From: the human T2T-CHM13v2.0 reference genome, Homo sapiens
Direction: 5' to 3' (one strand)
Length of the DNA stretch: 64,000 nucleotides
Assembly: GCF_009914755.1 (NCBI RefSeq)
Contig: NC_060946.1
The position numbers and the translations under genes are program-made. The notes under the pieces are model-generated. The model saw only the letters and a program-made list of their open reading frames with translations. It had not been told where the DNA came from and did no database searches. Shown piece by piece: positions 26,395 to 41,300 of the stretch (within the stretch, counting starts at the first letter, position 1; every line of letters starts with the position of its first letter).

Positions 26395-29300
26395 TCTTCA
26401 AATCTATCCAAATGTCCACTTGCAGATTCAACAAAAAGTGTTTTTCAGAACTGCTCTATCAAAAGAAAGATCCACCTCTGTTAGCTGAGTTCACACATCA
26501 CAAACAAGTTTATGAGAATGCTTCTGTCTAGTTTTTATTTGAAGATATTTCCTTTCTCACCATAGACCTGAAAGCTGTCCTAATGTTCACTTCCAGATAC
26601 TACAGAAAGAGTGTTTAAAAACTGCTGTACGAAAGGGAATGTTCAACTCTGTGACTTGAATGCACACATCACAAAGAAGTTTCTGAGGATGCTGCTGTCT
26701 ACTTTTTATACGTAATCCCGTTTCCAACGAAATCCTCCAAGCTATCCAAATATCCACTTGCAGATTCCACAGAAAGACTGTTTCAAAACTGCTCTGTCAA
26801 TAGAAAGGTTCAACTCTGTTAGCTGCGTGCATATATCCCAAAGAAGATTCTGAGATTGCTTCTGTCTAGTTTTTATGGGAAGATATTTCCCTTTTCACCG
26901 TAGGCGTCAAGGCGCTCCAAATGTCCACTTCCAGATACTACAAAAAGAGTGTTTCAAACCTACTCTGTGAAAGGGAATATTCAACTCTGTGACTTGAATG
27001 CACATATCACAAAGAAGTTTCTGAGAATGCTTCTGTCGAGATTTTATATGAAGATATTCCCGTTTCCAACGAAATCCTGAAATCTATCCAAATATCCCCT
27101 CGCAGATTCTACAAAAAGAGTGTTTCAAAACTGTTCTGTAAAAAGAAAGGTTCAACTCTGTTAGTTGAGTACACACATCACAAACAAGTATCACAGAATG
27201 CTTCTTTCTAGCTTGTAGGGGAAGATATTCCCTTTATCACCATGGGCCTCAAACGGTCCGAAACGTCCACTTCCATATACTTCAAAAAGAGCGTTTCAAA
27301 CCTGCTCTATGAAAGGCAATGTTCAACTCTGTGACTTGAATGCAGACATCACAGAGCTGTTTCTGAGAATGCTTCTGTCTAGATTTTATAGGATGATATT
27401 CCCGTTTCCAACGAAATCTTTACAGCTATCCAAATATCCACTTGCAGATTCTACAAAAAGAGTGTATCAAAACTGCTCTGGCAAAAGGAAGGTTCTTCTC
27501 TGTTAGGTGAGTGCATACGTCATAAAGGAGTTTCTGAGAATGTTTCTGTCTAGTGGTTATGGGAAGATATTTGCTTTTTCACCATAGGCCTCAGAGCGCT
27601 CCAAATATCCACTTGCACATACTACAAAAAGAGTGCCTCAAAGCTGCTCTCTGAAACGGAATGTTCAACTCTATGAGTTGAATGCAAACATCACAAAGAC
27701 GTTTCTGAGAATGCTTCTGTCTAGATTTGATATGAAGATATTCCCGTTTCCAACGAAATCTTCAAATCTATCCAAATGTCCACTTGCATAATCAACAAAA
27801 AGTGTTTTTCAGAACTGCTGTATCAAAAGAAAGATCCACCTCTGTTAGCTGAGTTCACACATCACAAACAAGTTTATGAGAATGCTTCTGTCTAGTTTTT
27901 ATTTGAAGATATTTCCTTTCTCACCATAGACCTGAAAGCTGTCCTAATGTTCACTTCCAGATACTACAGAAAGAGTGTTTCAAAACTGCTGTACGAAAGG
28001 GAATGTTCAACTCTGTGACTTGAATGCACACATCACAAAGAAGTTTCTGAGGATGCTGCTGTCTACTTTTTATACGTAATCCCGTTTCCAACGAAATCCT
28101 CCAAGCTATCCAAATATCCACTTGCAGATTCCACAGAAAGACTGTTTCAAAACTGCTCTGTCAATAGAAAGGTTCAACTCTGTTAGCTGCGTGCATATAT
28201 CCCAAAGAAGATTCTGAGATTGCTTCTGTCTAGTTTTTATGGGAAGATATTTCCCTTTTCACCGTAGGCGTCAAGGCGCTCCAAATGTCCACTTCCAGAT
28301 ACTACAAAAAGAGTGTTTCAAACCTACTCTGTGAAAGCGAATATTCAACTCTGTGACTTGAATGCACATATCACAAAGAAGTTTCTGAGAATGCTTCTGT
28401 CGAGATTTTATATGAAGATATTCCCGTTTCCAACGAAATCCTGAAATCTATCCAAATATCCCCTCGCAGATTCTACAAAAAGAGTGTTTCAAAACTGCTC
28501 TGTAAAAAGAAAGGTTCAACTCTGTTAGTTGAGTACACACATCACAAACAAGTTTCACAGAATGCTTCTTTCTAGCTTGTAGGGGAAGATATTCCCTTTA
28601 TCACCATGGGCCTCCAACCGTCCGAAACATCCACTTCCATATACTACAAAAAGAGCGTTTCAAACCTGCTCTATGAAAGGCAATGTTCAACTCTGTGACT
28701 TGAAAGCAGACATCACAGAGCAGTTTCTGAGAATGCTTCTGTCTAGATTTTATAGGAAGATATTCCCGTTTCCAACGAAATCTTCACATCTATCCAAATA
28801 TCCACTTGCAGATTCTTCAAAAAGAGTGTATCAAAACTGCTCTGTCAAAAGGAAGGTTCTTCTCTGTTAGGTGAGTGCATACGTCATAAAGGAGTTTCTG
28901 GGAATGTTTCTGTCTAGTGGTTATGGGAAGATATTTGCTTTTTCACCGTAGGCCTCAGAGCGCTCCAAATATCCACTTGCACATACTACAAAAAGAGTGC
29001 CTCAAAGCTGCTCTCTGAAACGGAATGTTCAACTCTATGAGTTGAATGCAAACATCACAAAGACGTTTCTGAGAATGCTTCTGTCTAGATTTGATATGAA
29101 GATATTCCCGTTTCCAACGAAATCTTCAAATCTATCCAAATGTCCACTTGCATAATCAACAAAAAGTGTTTTTCAGAACTGCTGTATCAAAAGAAAGATC
29201 CACGTCTGTTAGCTGAGTTCACACATCACAAACAAGTTCATGAGAATGCTTCTGTCTAGTTTTTATTTGAAGATATTTCCTTTCTCACCATAGACCTGAA

Positions 29301-32300
29301 AGCTGTCCTAATGTTCACTTCCAGATACTACAGAAAGAGTGTTTCAAAACTGCTGTACGAAAGGGAATTTTCAACTCTGTGACTTGAATGCACACATCAC
29401 AAAGAAGTTTCTGAGGATGCTGCTGTCTACTTTTTATACGTAATCCCGTTTCCAACGAAATCCTCCAAGCTATCCAAATATCCACTTGCAGATTCCACAG
29501 AAAGACTGTTTCAAAACTGCTCTGTCAATAGAAAGGTTCAACTCTGTTAGCTGCGTGCATATATCCCAAAGAAGATTCTGAGATTGCTTCTGTCTAGTTT
29601 TTATGGGAAGATATTTCCCTTTTCACCGTAGGCGTCAAGGCGCTCCAAATGTCCACTTCCAGATACTACAAAAAGAGTGTTTCAAACCTACTCTGTGAAA
29701 GGGAATATTCAACTCTGTGACTTGAATGCACATATCACAAAGAAGTTTCTGAGAATGCTTCTGTCGAGATTTTATATGAAGATATTCCCGTTTCCAACGA
29801 AATCCTGAAATCTATCCAAATATCCCCTCGCAGATTCAACAAAAAGAGTGTTTCAAAACTGCTCTGTAAAAGGAAAGGTTCAACTCTGTTAGTTGAGTAC
29901 ACACATCACAAACAAGTTTCACAGAATGCTTCTTTCTAGCTTGTAGGGGAAGATATTCCCTTTATCACCATGGTCCTCAAACCGTCCGAAACGTCCACTT
30001 CCATATACTACCAAAAGAGCGTTTCAAACCTGCTCTAGGAAAGGCAATGTTCAACTCTGTGACTTGAATGCAGACATCACAGAGCAGTTTCTGAGAATGC
30101 TTCTGTCTAGATTTTATAGGAAGATATTCCCGTTTCCAACGAAATCTTCACAGCTATCCAAATATCCACTTGCAGATTCTACAAAAAGAGTGTATCAAAA
30201 CTGCTCTGTCAAAAGGAAGGTTCTTCTCTGTTAGGTGAGTGCATACGTCATAAAGGAGTTTCTGAGAATGTTTCTGTCTAGTGGTTATGGGAAGATATTT
30301 GCTTTTTCACCGTAGGCCTCAGAGCGCTCCAAATATCCACTTGCACATACTACAAAAAGAGTGCCTCAAAGCTGCTCTCTGAAACGGAATGTTCAACTCT
30401 ATGAGTTGAATGCAAACATCACAAAGACGTTTCTGAGAATGCTTCTGTCTAGATTTGATATGAAGATATTCCCGTTTCCAACGAAATCTTCAAATCTATC
30501 CAAATGTCCACTTGCATAATCAACAAAAAGTGTTTTTCAGAACTGCTGTATCAAAAGAAAGATCCACGTCTGTTAGCTGAGTTCACACATCACAAACAAG
30601 TTTATGAGAATGCTTCTGTCTAGTTTTTATTTGAAGATATTTCCTTTCTCACCATAGACCTGAAAGCTGTCCTAATGTTCACTTCCAGATACTACAGAAA
30701 GAGTGTTTCAAAACTGCTGTACGAAAGGGAATTTTCAACTCTGTGACTTGAATGCACACATCACAAAGAAGTTTCTGAGGATGCTGCTGTCTACTTTTTA
30801 TACGTAATCCCGTTTCCAACGAAATCCTCCAAGCTATCCAAATATCCACTTGCAGATTCCACAGAAAGACTGTTTCAAAACTGCTCTGTCAATAGAAAGG
30901 TTCAACTCTGTTAGCTGCGTGCATATATCCCAAAGAAGATTCTGAGATTGCTTCTGTCTAGTTTTTATGGGAAGATATTTCCCTTTTCACCGTAGGCGTC
31001 AAGGCGCTCCAAATGTCCACTTCCAGATACTACAAAAAGAGTGTTTCAAACCTACTCTGTGAAAGCGAATATTCAACTCTGTGACTTGAATGCACATATC
31101 ACAAAGAAGTTTCTGAGAATGCTTCTGTCGAGATTTTATATGAAGATATTCCCGTTTCCAACGAAATCCTGAAATCTATCCAAATATCCCCTCGCAGATT
31201 CAACAAAAAGAGTGTTTCAAAACTGCTCTGTAAAAGGAAAGGTTCAACTCTGTTAGTTGAGTACACACATCACAAACAAGTTTCACAGAATGCTTCTTTC
31301 TAGCTTGTAGGGGAAGATATTCCCTTTATCACCATGGTCCTCAAACCGTCCGAAACGTCCACTTCCATATACTACAAAAAGAGCGTTTCAAACCTGCTCT
31401 AGGAAAGGCAATGTTCAACTCTGTGACTTGAATGCAGACATCACAGAACAGTTTCTGAGAATGCTTCTGTCTAGATTTTATAGGAAGATATTCCCGTTTC
31501 CAACGAAATCTTCACAGCTATCCAAATATCCACTTGCAGATTCTACAAAAAGAGTGTATCAAAACTGCTCTGTCAAAAGGAAGGTTCTTCTCTGTTAGGT
31601 GAGTGCATACGTCATAAAGGAGTTTCTGAGAATGTTTCTGTCTAGTGGTTATGGGAAGATATTTGCTTTTTCACCGTAGGCCTCAGAGCGCTCCAAATAT
31701 CCACTTGCACATACTACAAAAAGAGTGCCTCAAAGCTGCTCTCTGAAACGGAATGTTCAACTCTATGAGTTGAATGCAAACATCACAAAGACGTTTCTGA
31801 GAATGCTTCTGTCTAGATTTGATATGAAGATATTCCCGTTTCCAACGAAATCTTCAAATCTATCCAAATGTCCACTTGCAGATTCAACAAAAAGTGTTTT
31901 TCAGAACTGCTCTATCAAAAGAAAGATCCACCTCTGTTAGCTGAGTTCACACATCACAAACAAGTTTATGAGAATGCTTCTGTCTAGTTTTTATTTGAAG
32001 ATATTTCCTTTCTCACCATAGACCTGAAAGCTGTCCTAATGTTCACTTCCAGATACTACAGAAAGAGTGTTTCAAAACTGCTGTACGAAAGGGAATGTTC
32101 AACTCTGTGACTTGAATGCACACATCACAAAGAAGTTTCTGAGGATGCTGCTGTCTACTTTTTATACGTAATCCCGTTTCCAACGAAATCCTCCAAGCTA
32201 TCCAAATATCCACTTGCAGATTCCACAGAAAGACTGTTTCAAAACTGCTCTGTCAATAGAAAGGTTCAACTCTGTTAGCTGCGTGCATATATCCCAAAGA

Positions 32301-35300
32301 AGATTCTGAGATTGCTTCTGTCTAGTTTTTATGGGAAGATATTTCCCTTTTCACCGTAGGCGTCAAGGCGCTCCAAATGTCCACTTCCAGATACTACAAA
32401 AAGAGTGTTTCAAACCTACTCTGTGAAAGCGAATATTCAACTCTGTGACTTGAATGCACATATCACAAAGAAGTTTCTGAGAATGCTTCTGTCGAGATTT
32501 TATATGAAGATATTCCCGTTTCCAACGAAATCCTGAAATCTATCCAAATATCCCCTCGCAGATTCTACAAAAAGAGTGTTTCAAAACTGCTCTGTAAAAA
32601 GAAAGGTTCAACTCTGTTAGTTGAGTACACACATCACAAACAAGTTTCACAGAATGCTTCTTTCTAGCTTGTAGGGGAAGATATTCCCTTTATCACCATG
32701 GGCCTCCAACCGTCCGAAACGTCCACTTCCATATACTACCAAAAGAGCGTTTCAAACCTGCTCTAGGAAAGGCAATGTTCAACTCTGTGACTTGAATGCA
32801 GACATCACAGAGCAGTTTCTGAGAATGCTTCTGTCTAGATTTTATAGGAAGATATTCCCGTTTCCAACGAAATCTTCACAGCTATCCAAATATCCACTTG
32901 CAGATTCTACAAAAAGAGTGTATCAAAACTGCTCTGTCAAAAGGAAGGTTCTTCTCTGTTAGGTGAGTGCATACGTCATAAAGGAGTTTCTGAGAATGTT
33001 TCTGTCTAGTGGTTATGGGAAGATATTTGCTTTTTCACCGTAGGCCTCAGAGCGCTCCAAATATCCACTTGCACATACTACAAAAAGAGTGCCTCAAAGC
33101 TGCTCTCTGAAACGGAATGTTCAACTCTATGAGTTGAATGCAAACATCACAAAGACGTTTCTGAGAATGCTTCTGTCTAGATTTGATATGAAGATATTCC
33201 CGTTTCCAACGAAATCTTCAAATCTATCCAAATGTCCACTTGCAGATTCAACAAAAAGTGTTTTTCAGAACTGCTCTATCAAAAGAAAGATCCACCTCTG
33301 TTAGCTGAGTTCACACATCACAAACAAGTTTATGAGAATGCTTCTGTCTAGTTTTTATTTGAAGATATTTCCTTTCTCACCATAGACCTGAAAGCTGTCC
33401 TAATGTTCACTTCCAGATACTACAGAAAGAGTGTTTCAAAACTGCTGTACGAAAGGGAATGTTCAACTCTGTGACTTGAATGCACACATCACAAAGAAGT
33501 TTCTGAGGATGCTGCTGTCTACTTTTTATACGTAATCCCGTTTCCAACGAAATCCTCCAAGCTATCCAAATATCCACTTGCAGATTCCACAGAAAGACTG
33601 TTTCAAAACTGCTCTGTCAATAGAAAGGTTCAACTCTGTTAGCTGCGTGCATATATCCCAAAGAAGATTCTGAGATTGCTTCTGTCTAGTTTTTATGGGA
33701 AGATATTTCCCTTTTCACCGTAGGCGTCAAGGCGCTCCAAATGTCCACTTCCAGATACTACAAAAAGAGTGTTTCAAACCTACTCTGTGAAAGCGAATAT
33801 TCAACTCTGTGACTTGAATGCACATATCACAAAGAAGTTTCTGAGAATGCTTCTGTCGAGATTTTATATGAAGATATTCCCGTTTCCAACGAAATCCTGA
33901 AATCTATCCAAATATCCCCTCGCAGATTCTACAAAAAGAGTGTTTCAAAACTGCTCTGTAAAAAGAAAGGTTCAACTCTGTTAGTTGAGTACACACATCA
34001 CAAACAAGTTTCACAGAATGCTTCTTTCTAGCTTGTAGGGGAAGATATTCCCTTTATCACCATGGGCCTCCAACCGTCCGAAACGTCCACTTCCATATAC
34101 TACCAAAAGAGCGTTTCAAACCTGCTCTAGGAAAGGCAATGTTCAACTCTGTGACTTGAATGCAGACATCACAGAGCAGTTTCTGAGAATGCTTCTGTCT
34201 AGATTTTATAGGAAGATATTCCCGTTTCCAACGAAATCTTCACAGCTATCCAAATATCCACTTGCAGATTCTACAAAAAGAGTGTATCAAAACTGCTCTG
34301 TCAAAAGGAAGGTTCTTCTCTGTTAGGTGAGTGCATACGTCATAAAGGAGTTTCTGAGAATGTTTCTGTCTAGTGGTTATGGGAAGATATTTGCTTTTTC
34401 ACCGTAGGCCTCAGAGCGCTCCAAATATCCACTTGCACATACTACAAAAAGAGTGCCTCAAAGCTGCTCTCTGAAACGGAATGTTCAACTCTATGAGTTG
34501 AATGCAAACATCACAAAGACGTTTCTGAGAATGCTTCTGTCTAGATTTGATATGAAGATATTCCCGTTTCCAACGAAATCTTCAAATCTATCCAAATGTC
34601 CACTTGCAGATTCAACAAAAAGTGTTTTTCAGAACTGCTCTATCAAAAGAAAGATCCACCTCTGTTAGCTGAGTTCACACATCACAAACAAGTTTATGAG
34701 AATGCTTCTGTCTAGTTTTTATTTGAAGATATTTCCTTTCTCACCGTAGACCTGAAAGCTGTCCTAATGTTCACTTCCAGATACTACAGAAAGAGTGTTT
34801 AAAAACTGCTGTACGAAAGGGAATGTTCAACTCTGTGACTTGAATGCACACATCAAAAAGAAGTTTCTGAGGATGCTGCTGTCTACTTTTTATACGTAAT
34901 CCCGTTTCCAACGAAATCCTCCAAGCTATCCAAATATCCACTTGCAGATTCCACAGAAAGACTGTTTCAAAACTGCTCTGTCAATAGAAAGGTTCAACTC
35001 TGTTAGCTGCGTGCATATATCCCAAAGAAGATTCTGAGATTCCTTCTGTCTAGTTTTTATGGGAAGATATTTCCCTTTTCACCGTAGGCGTCAAGGCGCT
35101 CCAAATGTCCACTTCCAGATACTACAAAAAGAGTGTTTCAAACCTACTCTGTGAAAGCGAATATTCAACTCTGTGACTTGAATGCACATATCACAAAGAA
35201 GTTTCTGAGAATGCTTCTGTCGAGATTTTATATGAAGATATTCCCGTTTCCAACGAAATCCTGAAATCTATCCAAATATCCCCTCGCAGATTCTACAAAA

Positions 35301-38300
35301 AGAGTGTTTCAAAACTGCTCTGTAAAAAGAAAGGTTCAACTCTGTTAGTTGAGTGCACACATCACAAACAAGTTTCACAGAATGCTTCTTTCTAGCTTGT
35401 AGGGGAAGATATTCCCTTTATCACCATGGTCCTCAAACCGTCCGAAACGTCCACTTCCATATACTACAAAAAGAGCGTTTCAAACCTGCTCTAGGAAAGG
35501 CAATGTTCAACTCTGTGACTTGAATGCAGACATCACAGAGCAGTTTCTGAGAATGCTTCTGTCTAGATTTTATAGGAAGATATTCCCGTTTCCAACGAAA
35601 TCTTCACAGCTATCCAAATATCCACTTGCAGATTCTACAAAAAGAGTGTATCAAAACTGCTCTGTCAAAACGAAGGTTCTTCTCTGTTAGGTGAGTGCAT
35701 ACGTCATAAAGGAGTTTCTGAGAATGTTTCTGTCTAGTGGTTATGGGAAGATATTTGCTTTTTCACCGTAGGCCTCAGAGCGCTCCAAATATCCACTTGC
35801 ACATACTACAAAAAGAGTGCCTCAAAGCTGCTCTCTGAAACGGAATGTTCAACTCTATGAGTTGAATGCAAACATCACAAAGACGTTTCTGAGAATGCTT
35901 CTGTCTAGATTTGATATGAAGATATTCCCGTTTCCAACGAAATCTTCAAATCTATCCAAATGTCCACTTGCAGATTCAATAAAAAGTGTTTTTCAGAACT
36001 GCTCTATCAAAAGAAAGATCCACCTCTGTTAGCTGAGTTCACACATCACAAACAAGTTTATGAGAATGCTTCTGTCTAGTTTTTATTTGAAGATATTTCC
36101 TTTCTCACCATAGACCTGAAAGCTGTCCTAATGTTCACTTCCAGATACTACAGAAAGAGTGTTTCAAAACTGCTGTACGAAAGGGAATGTTCAACTCTGT
36201 GACTTGAATGCACACATCACAAAGAAGTTTCTGAGGATGCTGCTGTCTACTTTTTATACGTAATCCCGTTTCCAACGAAATCCTCCAAGCTATCCAAATA
36301 TCCACTTGCAGATTCCACAGAAAGACTGTTTCAAAACTGCTCTGTCAATAGAAAGGTTCAACTCTGTTAGCTGCGTGCATATATCCCAAAGAAGATTCTG
36401 AGATTGCTTCTGTCTAGTTTTTATGGGAAGATATTTCCCTTTTCACCGTAGGCGTCAAGGCGCTCCAAATGTCCACTTCCAGATACTACAAAAAGAGTGT
36501 TTCAAACCTACTCTGTGAAAGGGAATATTCAACTCTGTGACTTGAATGCACATATCACAAAGAAGTTTCTGAGAATGCTTCTGTCGAGATTTTATATGAA
36601 GATGTTCCCGTTTCCAACGAAATCCTGAAATCTATCCAAATATCACCTCGCAGATTCTACAAAAAGAGTGTTTCAAAACTGCTCTGTAAAAAGAAAGTTT
36701 CAACTCTGTTACTTGAGTACACACATCACAAACAAGTTTCACAGAATGCTTCTTTCTAGCTTGTAGGGGAAGATATTCCCTTTATCACCATGGTCCTCAA
36801 ACCGTCCGAAACGTCCACTTCCATATACTACAAAAAGAGCGTTTCAAACCTGCTCTATGAAAGGCAATGTTCAACTCTGTGACTTGAATGCAGACATCAC
36901 AGAGCAGTTTCTGAGAATGCTTCTGTCTAGATTTTATAGGAAGATATTCCCGTTTCCAACGAAATCTTCACAGCTATCCAAATATCCACTTGCAGATTCT
37001 ACAAAAAGAGTGTATCAAAACTGCTCTGTCAAAAGGAAGGTTCTTCTCTGTTAGGTGAGTGCATACGTCATAAAGGAGTTTCTGAGAATGTTTCTGTCTA
37101 GTGGTTATGGGAAGATATTTGCTTTTTCACCGTAGGCCTCAGAGCGCTCCAAATATCCACTTGCACATACTACAAAAAGAGTGCCGCAAAGCTGCTCTCT
37201 GAAACGGAATGTTCAACTCTATGAGTTGAATGCAAACATCACAAAGACGTTTCTGAGAATGCTTCTGTCTAGATTTGATATGAAGATATTCCCGTTTCCA
37301 ACGAAATCTTCAAATCTATCCAAATGTCCACTTGCATAATCAACAAAAAGTGTTTTTCAGAACTGCTCTATCAAAAGAAAGATCCACCTCTGTTAGCTGA
37401 GTTCACACATCACAAACAAGTTTATGAGAATGCTTCTGTCTAGTTTTTATTTGAAGATATTTCCTTTCTCACCATAGACCTGAAAGCTGTCCTAATGTTC
37501 ACTTCCAGATACTACAGAAAGAGTGTTTCAAAACTGCTGTACGAAAGGGAATGTTCAACTCTGTGACTTGAATGCACACATCACAAAGAAGTTTCTGAGG
37601 ATGCTGCTGTCTACTTTTTATACGTAATCCCGTTTCCAACGAAATCCTCCAAGCTATCCAAACATCCACTTGCAGATTCCACAGAAAGACTGTTTCAAAA
37701 CTGCTCTGTCAATAGAAAGGTTCAACTCTGTTAGCTGCGTGCATATATCCCAAAGAAGATTCTGAGATTGCTTCTGTCTAGTTTTTATGGGAAGATATTT
37801 CCCTTTTCACCGTAGGCGTCAAGGCGCTCCAAATGTCCACTTCCAGATACTACAAAAAGAGTGTTTCAAACCTACTCTGTGAAAGCGAATATTCAACTCT
37901 GTGACTTGAATGCACATATCACAAAGAAGTTTCTGAGAATGCTTCTGTCGAGATTTTATATGAAGATATTCCCGTTTCCAACGAAATCCTGAAATCTATC
38001 CAAATATCCCCTCGCAGATTCTACAAAAAGAGTGTTTCAAAACTGCTCTGTAAAAAGAAAGGTTCAACTCTGTTAGTTGAGTACACACATCACAAACAAG
38101 TTTCACAGAATGCTTCTTTCTAGCTTGTAGGGAAGATATTCCCTTTATCACCATGGGACTCCAACCGTCCGAAACATCCACTTCCATATACTACAAAAAG
38201 AGCGTTTCAAACCTGCTCTATGAAAGGCAATGTTCAACTCTGTGACTTGAAAGCAGACATCACAGAGCAGTTTCTGAGAATGCTTCTGTCTAGATTTTAT

Positions 38301-41300
38301 AGGAAGATATTCCCGTTTCCAACGAAATCTTCACATCTATCCAAATATCCACTTGCAGATTCTTCAAAAAGAGTGTATCAAAACTGCTCTGTCAAAAGGA
38401 AGGTTCTTCTCTGTTAGGTGAGTGCATACGTCATAAAGGAGTTTCTGGGAATGTTTCTGTCTAGTGGTTATGGGAAGATATTTGCTTTTTCACCGTAGGC
38501 CTCAGAGCGCTCCAAATATCCACTTGCACATACTACAAAAAGAGTGCCTCAAAGCTGCTCTCTGAAACGGAATGTTCAACTCTATGAGTTGAATGCAAAC
38601 ATCACAAAGACGTTTCTGAGAATGCTTCTGTCTAGATTTGATATGAAGATATTCCCGTTTCCAACGAAATCTTCAAATCTATCCAAATGTCCACTTGCAG
38701 ATTCAACAAAAAGTGTTTTTCAGAACTGCTCTATCAAAAGAAAGATCCACCTCTGTTAGCTGAGTTCACACATCACAAACAAGTTTATGAGAATGCTTCT
38801 GTCTAGTTTTTATTTGAAGATATTTCCTTTCTCACCATAGACCTGAAAGCTGTCCTAATGTTCACTTCCAGATACTACAGAAAGAGTGTTTCAAAACTGC
38901 TGTACGAAAGGGAATGTTCAACTCTGTGACTTGAATGCACACATCACAAAGAAGTTTCTGAGGATGCTGCTGTCTACTTTTTATACGTAATCCCGTTTCC
39001 AACGAAATCCTCCAAGCTATCCAAATATCCACTTGCAGATTCCACAGAAAGACTGTTTCAAAACTGCTCTGTCAATAGAAAGGTTCAACTCTGTTAGCTG
39101 CGTGCATATATCCCAAAGAAGATTCTGAGATTGCTTCTGTCTAGTTTTTATGGGAAGATATTTCCCTTTTCACCGTAGGCGTCAAGGCGCTCCAAATGTC
39201 CACTTCCAGATACTACAAAAAGAGTGTTTCAAACCTACTCTGTGAAAGGGAATATTCAACTCTGTGACTTGAATGCACATATCACAAAGAAGTTTCTGAG
39301 AATGCTTCTGTCGAGATTTTATATGAAGATATTCCCGTTTCCAACGAAATCCTGAAATCTATCCAAATATCCCCTCGCAGATTCTACAAAAAGAGTGTTT
39401 CAAAACTGCTCTGTAAAAAGAAAGGTTCAACTCTGTTAGTTGAGTACACACATCACAAACAAGTTTCACAGAATGCTTCTTTCTAGCTTGTAGGGGAAGA
39501 TATTCCCTTTATCACCATGGTCCTCAAACCGTCCGAAACGTCCACTTCCATATACTACAAAAAGAGCGTTTCAAACCTGCTCTATGAAAGGCAATGTTCA
39601 ACTCTGTGACTTGAATGCAGACATCACAGAGCAGTTTCTGAGAATGCTTCTGTCTAGATTTTATAGGAAGATATTCCCGTTTCCAACGAAATCTTCACAG
39701 CTATCCAAATATCCACTTGCAGATTCTACAAAAAGAGTGTATCAAAACTGCTCTGTCAAAAGGAAGGTTCTTCTCTGTTAGGTGAGTGCATACGTCATAA
39801 AGGAGTTTCTGAGAATGTTTCTGTCTAGTGGTTATGGGAAGATATTTGCTTTTTCACCGTAGGCCTCAGAGCGCTCCAAATATCCACTTGCACATACTAC
39901 AAAAAGAGTGCCTCAAAGCTGCTCTCTGAAACGGAATGTTCAACTCTATGAGTTGAATGCAAACATCACAAAGACGTTTCTGAGAATGCTTCTGTCTAGA
40001 TTTGATATGAAGATATTCCCGTTTCCAACGAAATCTTCAAATCTATCCAAATGTCCACTTGCAGATTCAATAAAAAGTGTTTTTCAGAACTGCTCTATCA
40101 AAAGAAAGATCCACCTCTGTTAGCTGAGTTCACACATCACAAACAAGTTTATGAGAATGCTTCTGTCTAGTTTTTATTTGAAGATATTTCCTTTCTCACC
40201 ATAGACCTGAAAGCTGTCCTAATGTTCACTTCCAGATACTACAGAAAGAGTGTTTCAAAACTGCTGTACGAAAGGGAATGTTCAACTCTGTGACTTGAAT
40301 GCACACATCACAAAGAAGTTTCTGAGGATGCTGCTGTCTACTTTTTATACGTAATCCCGTTTCCAACGAAATCCTCCAAGCTATCCAAATATCCACTTGC
40401 AGATTCCACAGAAAGACTGTTTCAAAACTGCTCTGTCAATAGAAAGGTTCAACTCTGTTAGCTGCGTGCATATATCCCAAAGAAGATTCTGAGATTGCTT
40501 CTGTCTAGTTTTTATGGGAAGATATTTCCCTTTTCACCGTAGGCGTCAAGGCGCTCCAAATGTCCACTTCCAGATACTACAAAAAGAGTGTTTCAAACCT
40601 ACTCTGTGAAAGGGAATATTCAACTCTGTGACTTGAATGCACATATCACAAAGAAGTTTCTGAGAATGCTTCTGTCGAGATTTTATATGAAGATGTTCCC
40701 GTTTCCAACGAAATCCTGAAATCTATCCAAATATCACCTCGCAGATTCTACAAAAAGAGTGTTTCAAAACTGCTCTGTAAAAAGAAAGTTTCAACTCTGT
40801 TACTTGAGTACACACATCACAAACAAGTTTCACAGAATGCTTCTTTCTAGCTTGTAGGGGAAGATATTCCCTTTATCACCATGGTCCTCAAACCGTCCGA
40901 AACGTCCACTTCCATATACTACAAAAAGAGCGTTTCAAACCTGCTCTATGAAAGGCAATGTTCAACTCTGTGACTTGAATGCAGACATCACAGAGCAGTT
41001 TCTGAGAATGCTTCTGTCTAGATTTTATAGGAAGATATTCCCGTTTCCAACGAAATCTTCACAGCTATCCAAATATCCACTTGCAGATTCTACAAAAAGA
41101 GTGTATCAAAACTGCTCTGTCAAAAGGAAGGTTCTTCTCTGTTAGGTGAGTGCATACGTCATAAAGGAGTTTCTGAGAATGTTTCTGTCTAGTGGTTATG
41201 GGAAGATATTTGCTTTTTCACCGTAGGCCTCAGAGCGCTCCAAATATCCACTTGCACATACTACAAAAAGAGTGCCTCAAAGCTGCTCTTTGAAACGGAA

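Noticed and set aside
37996-38187. The only minus-strand ORF (63 aa)
   Set aside because: Created incidentally by the private 1-bp deletion at ~38130 in satellite sequence.
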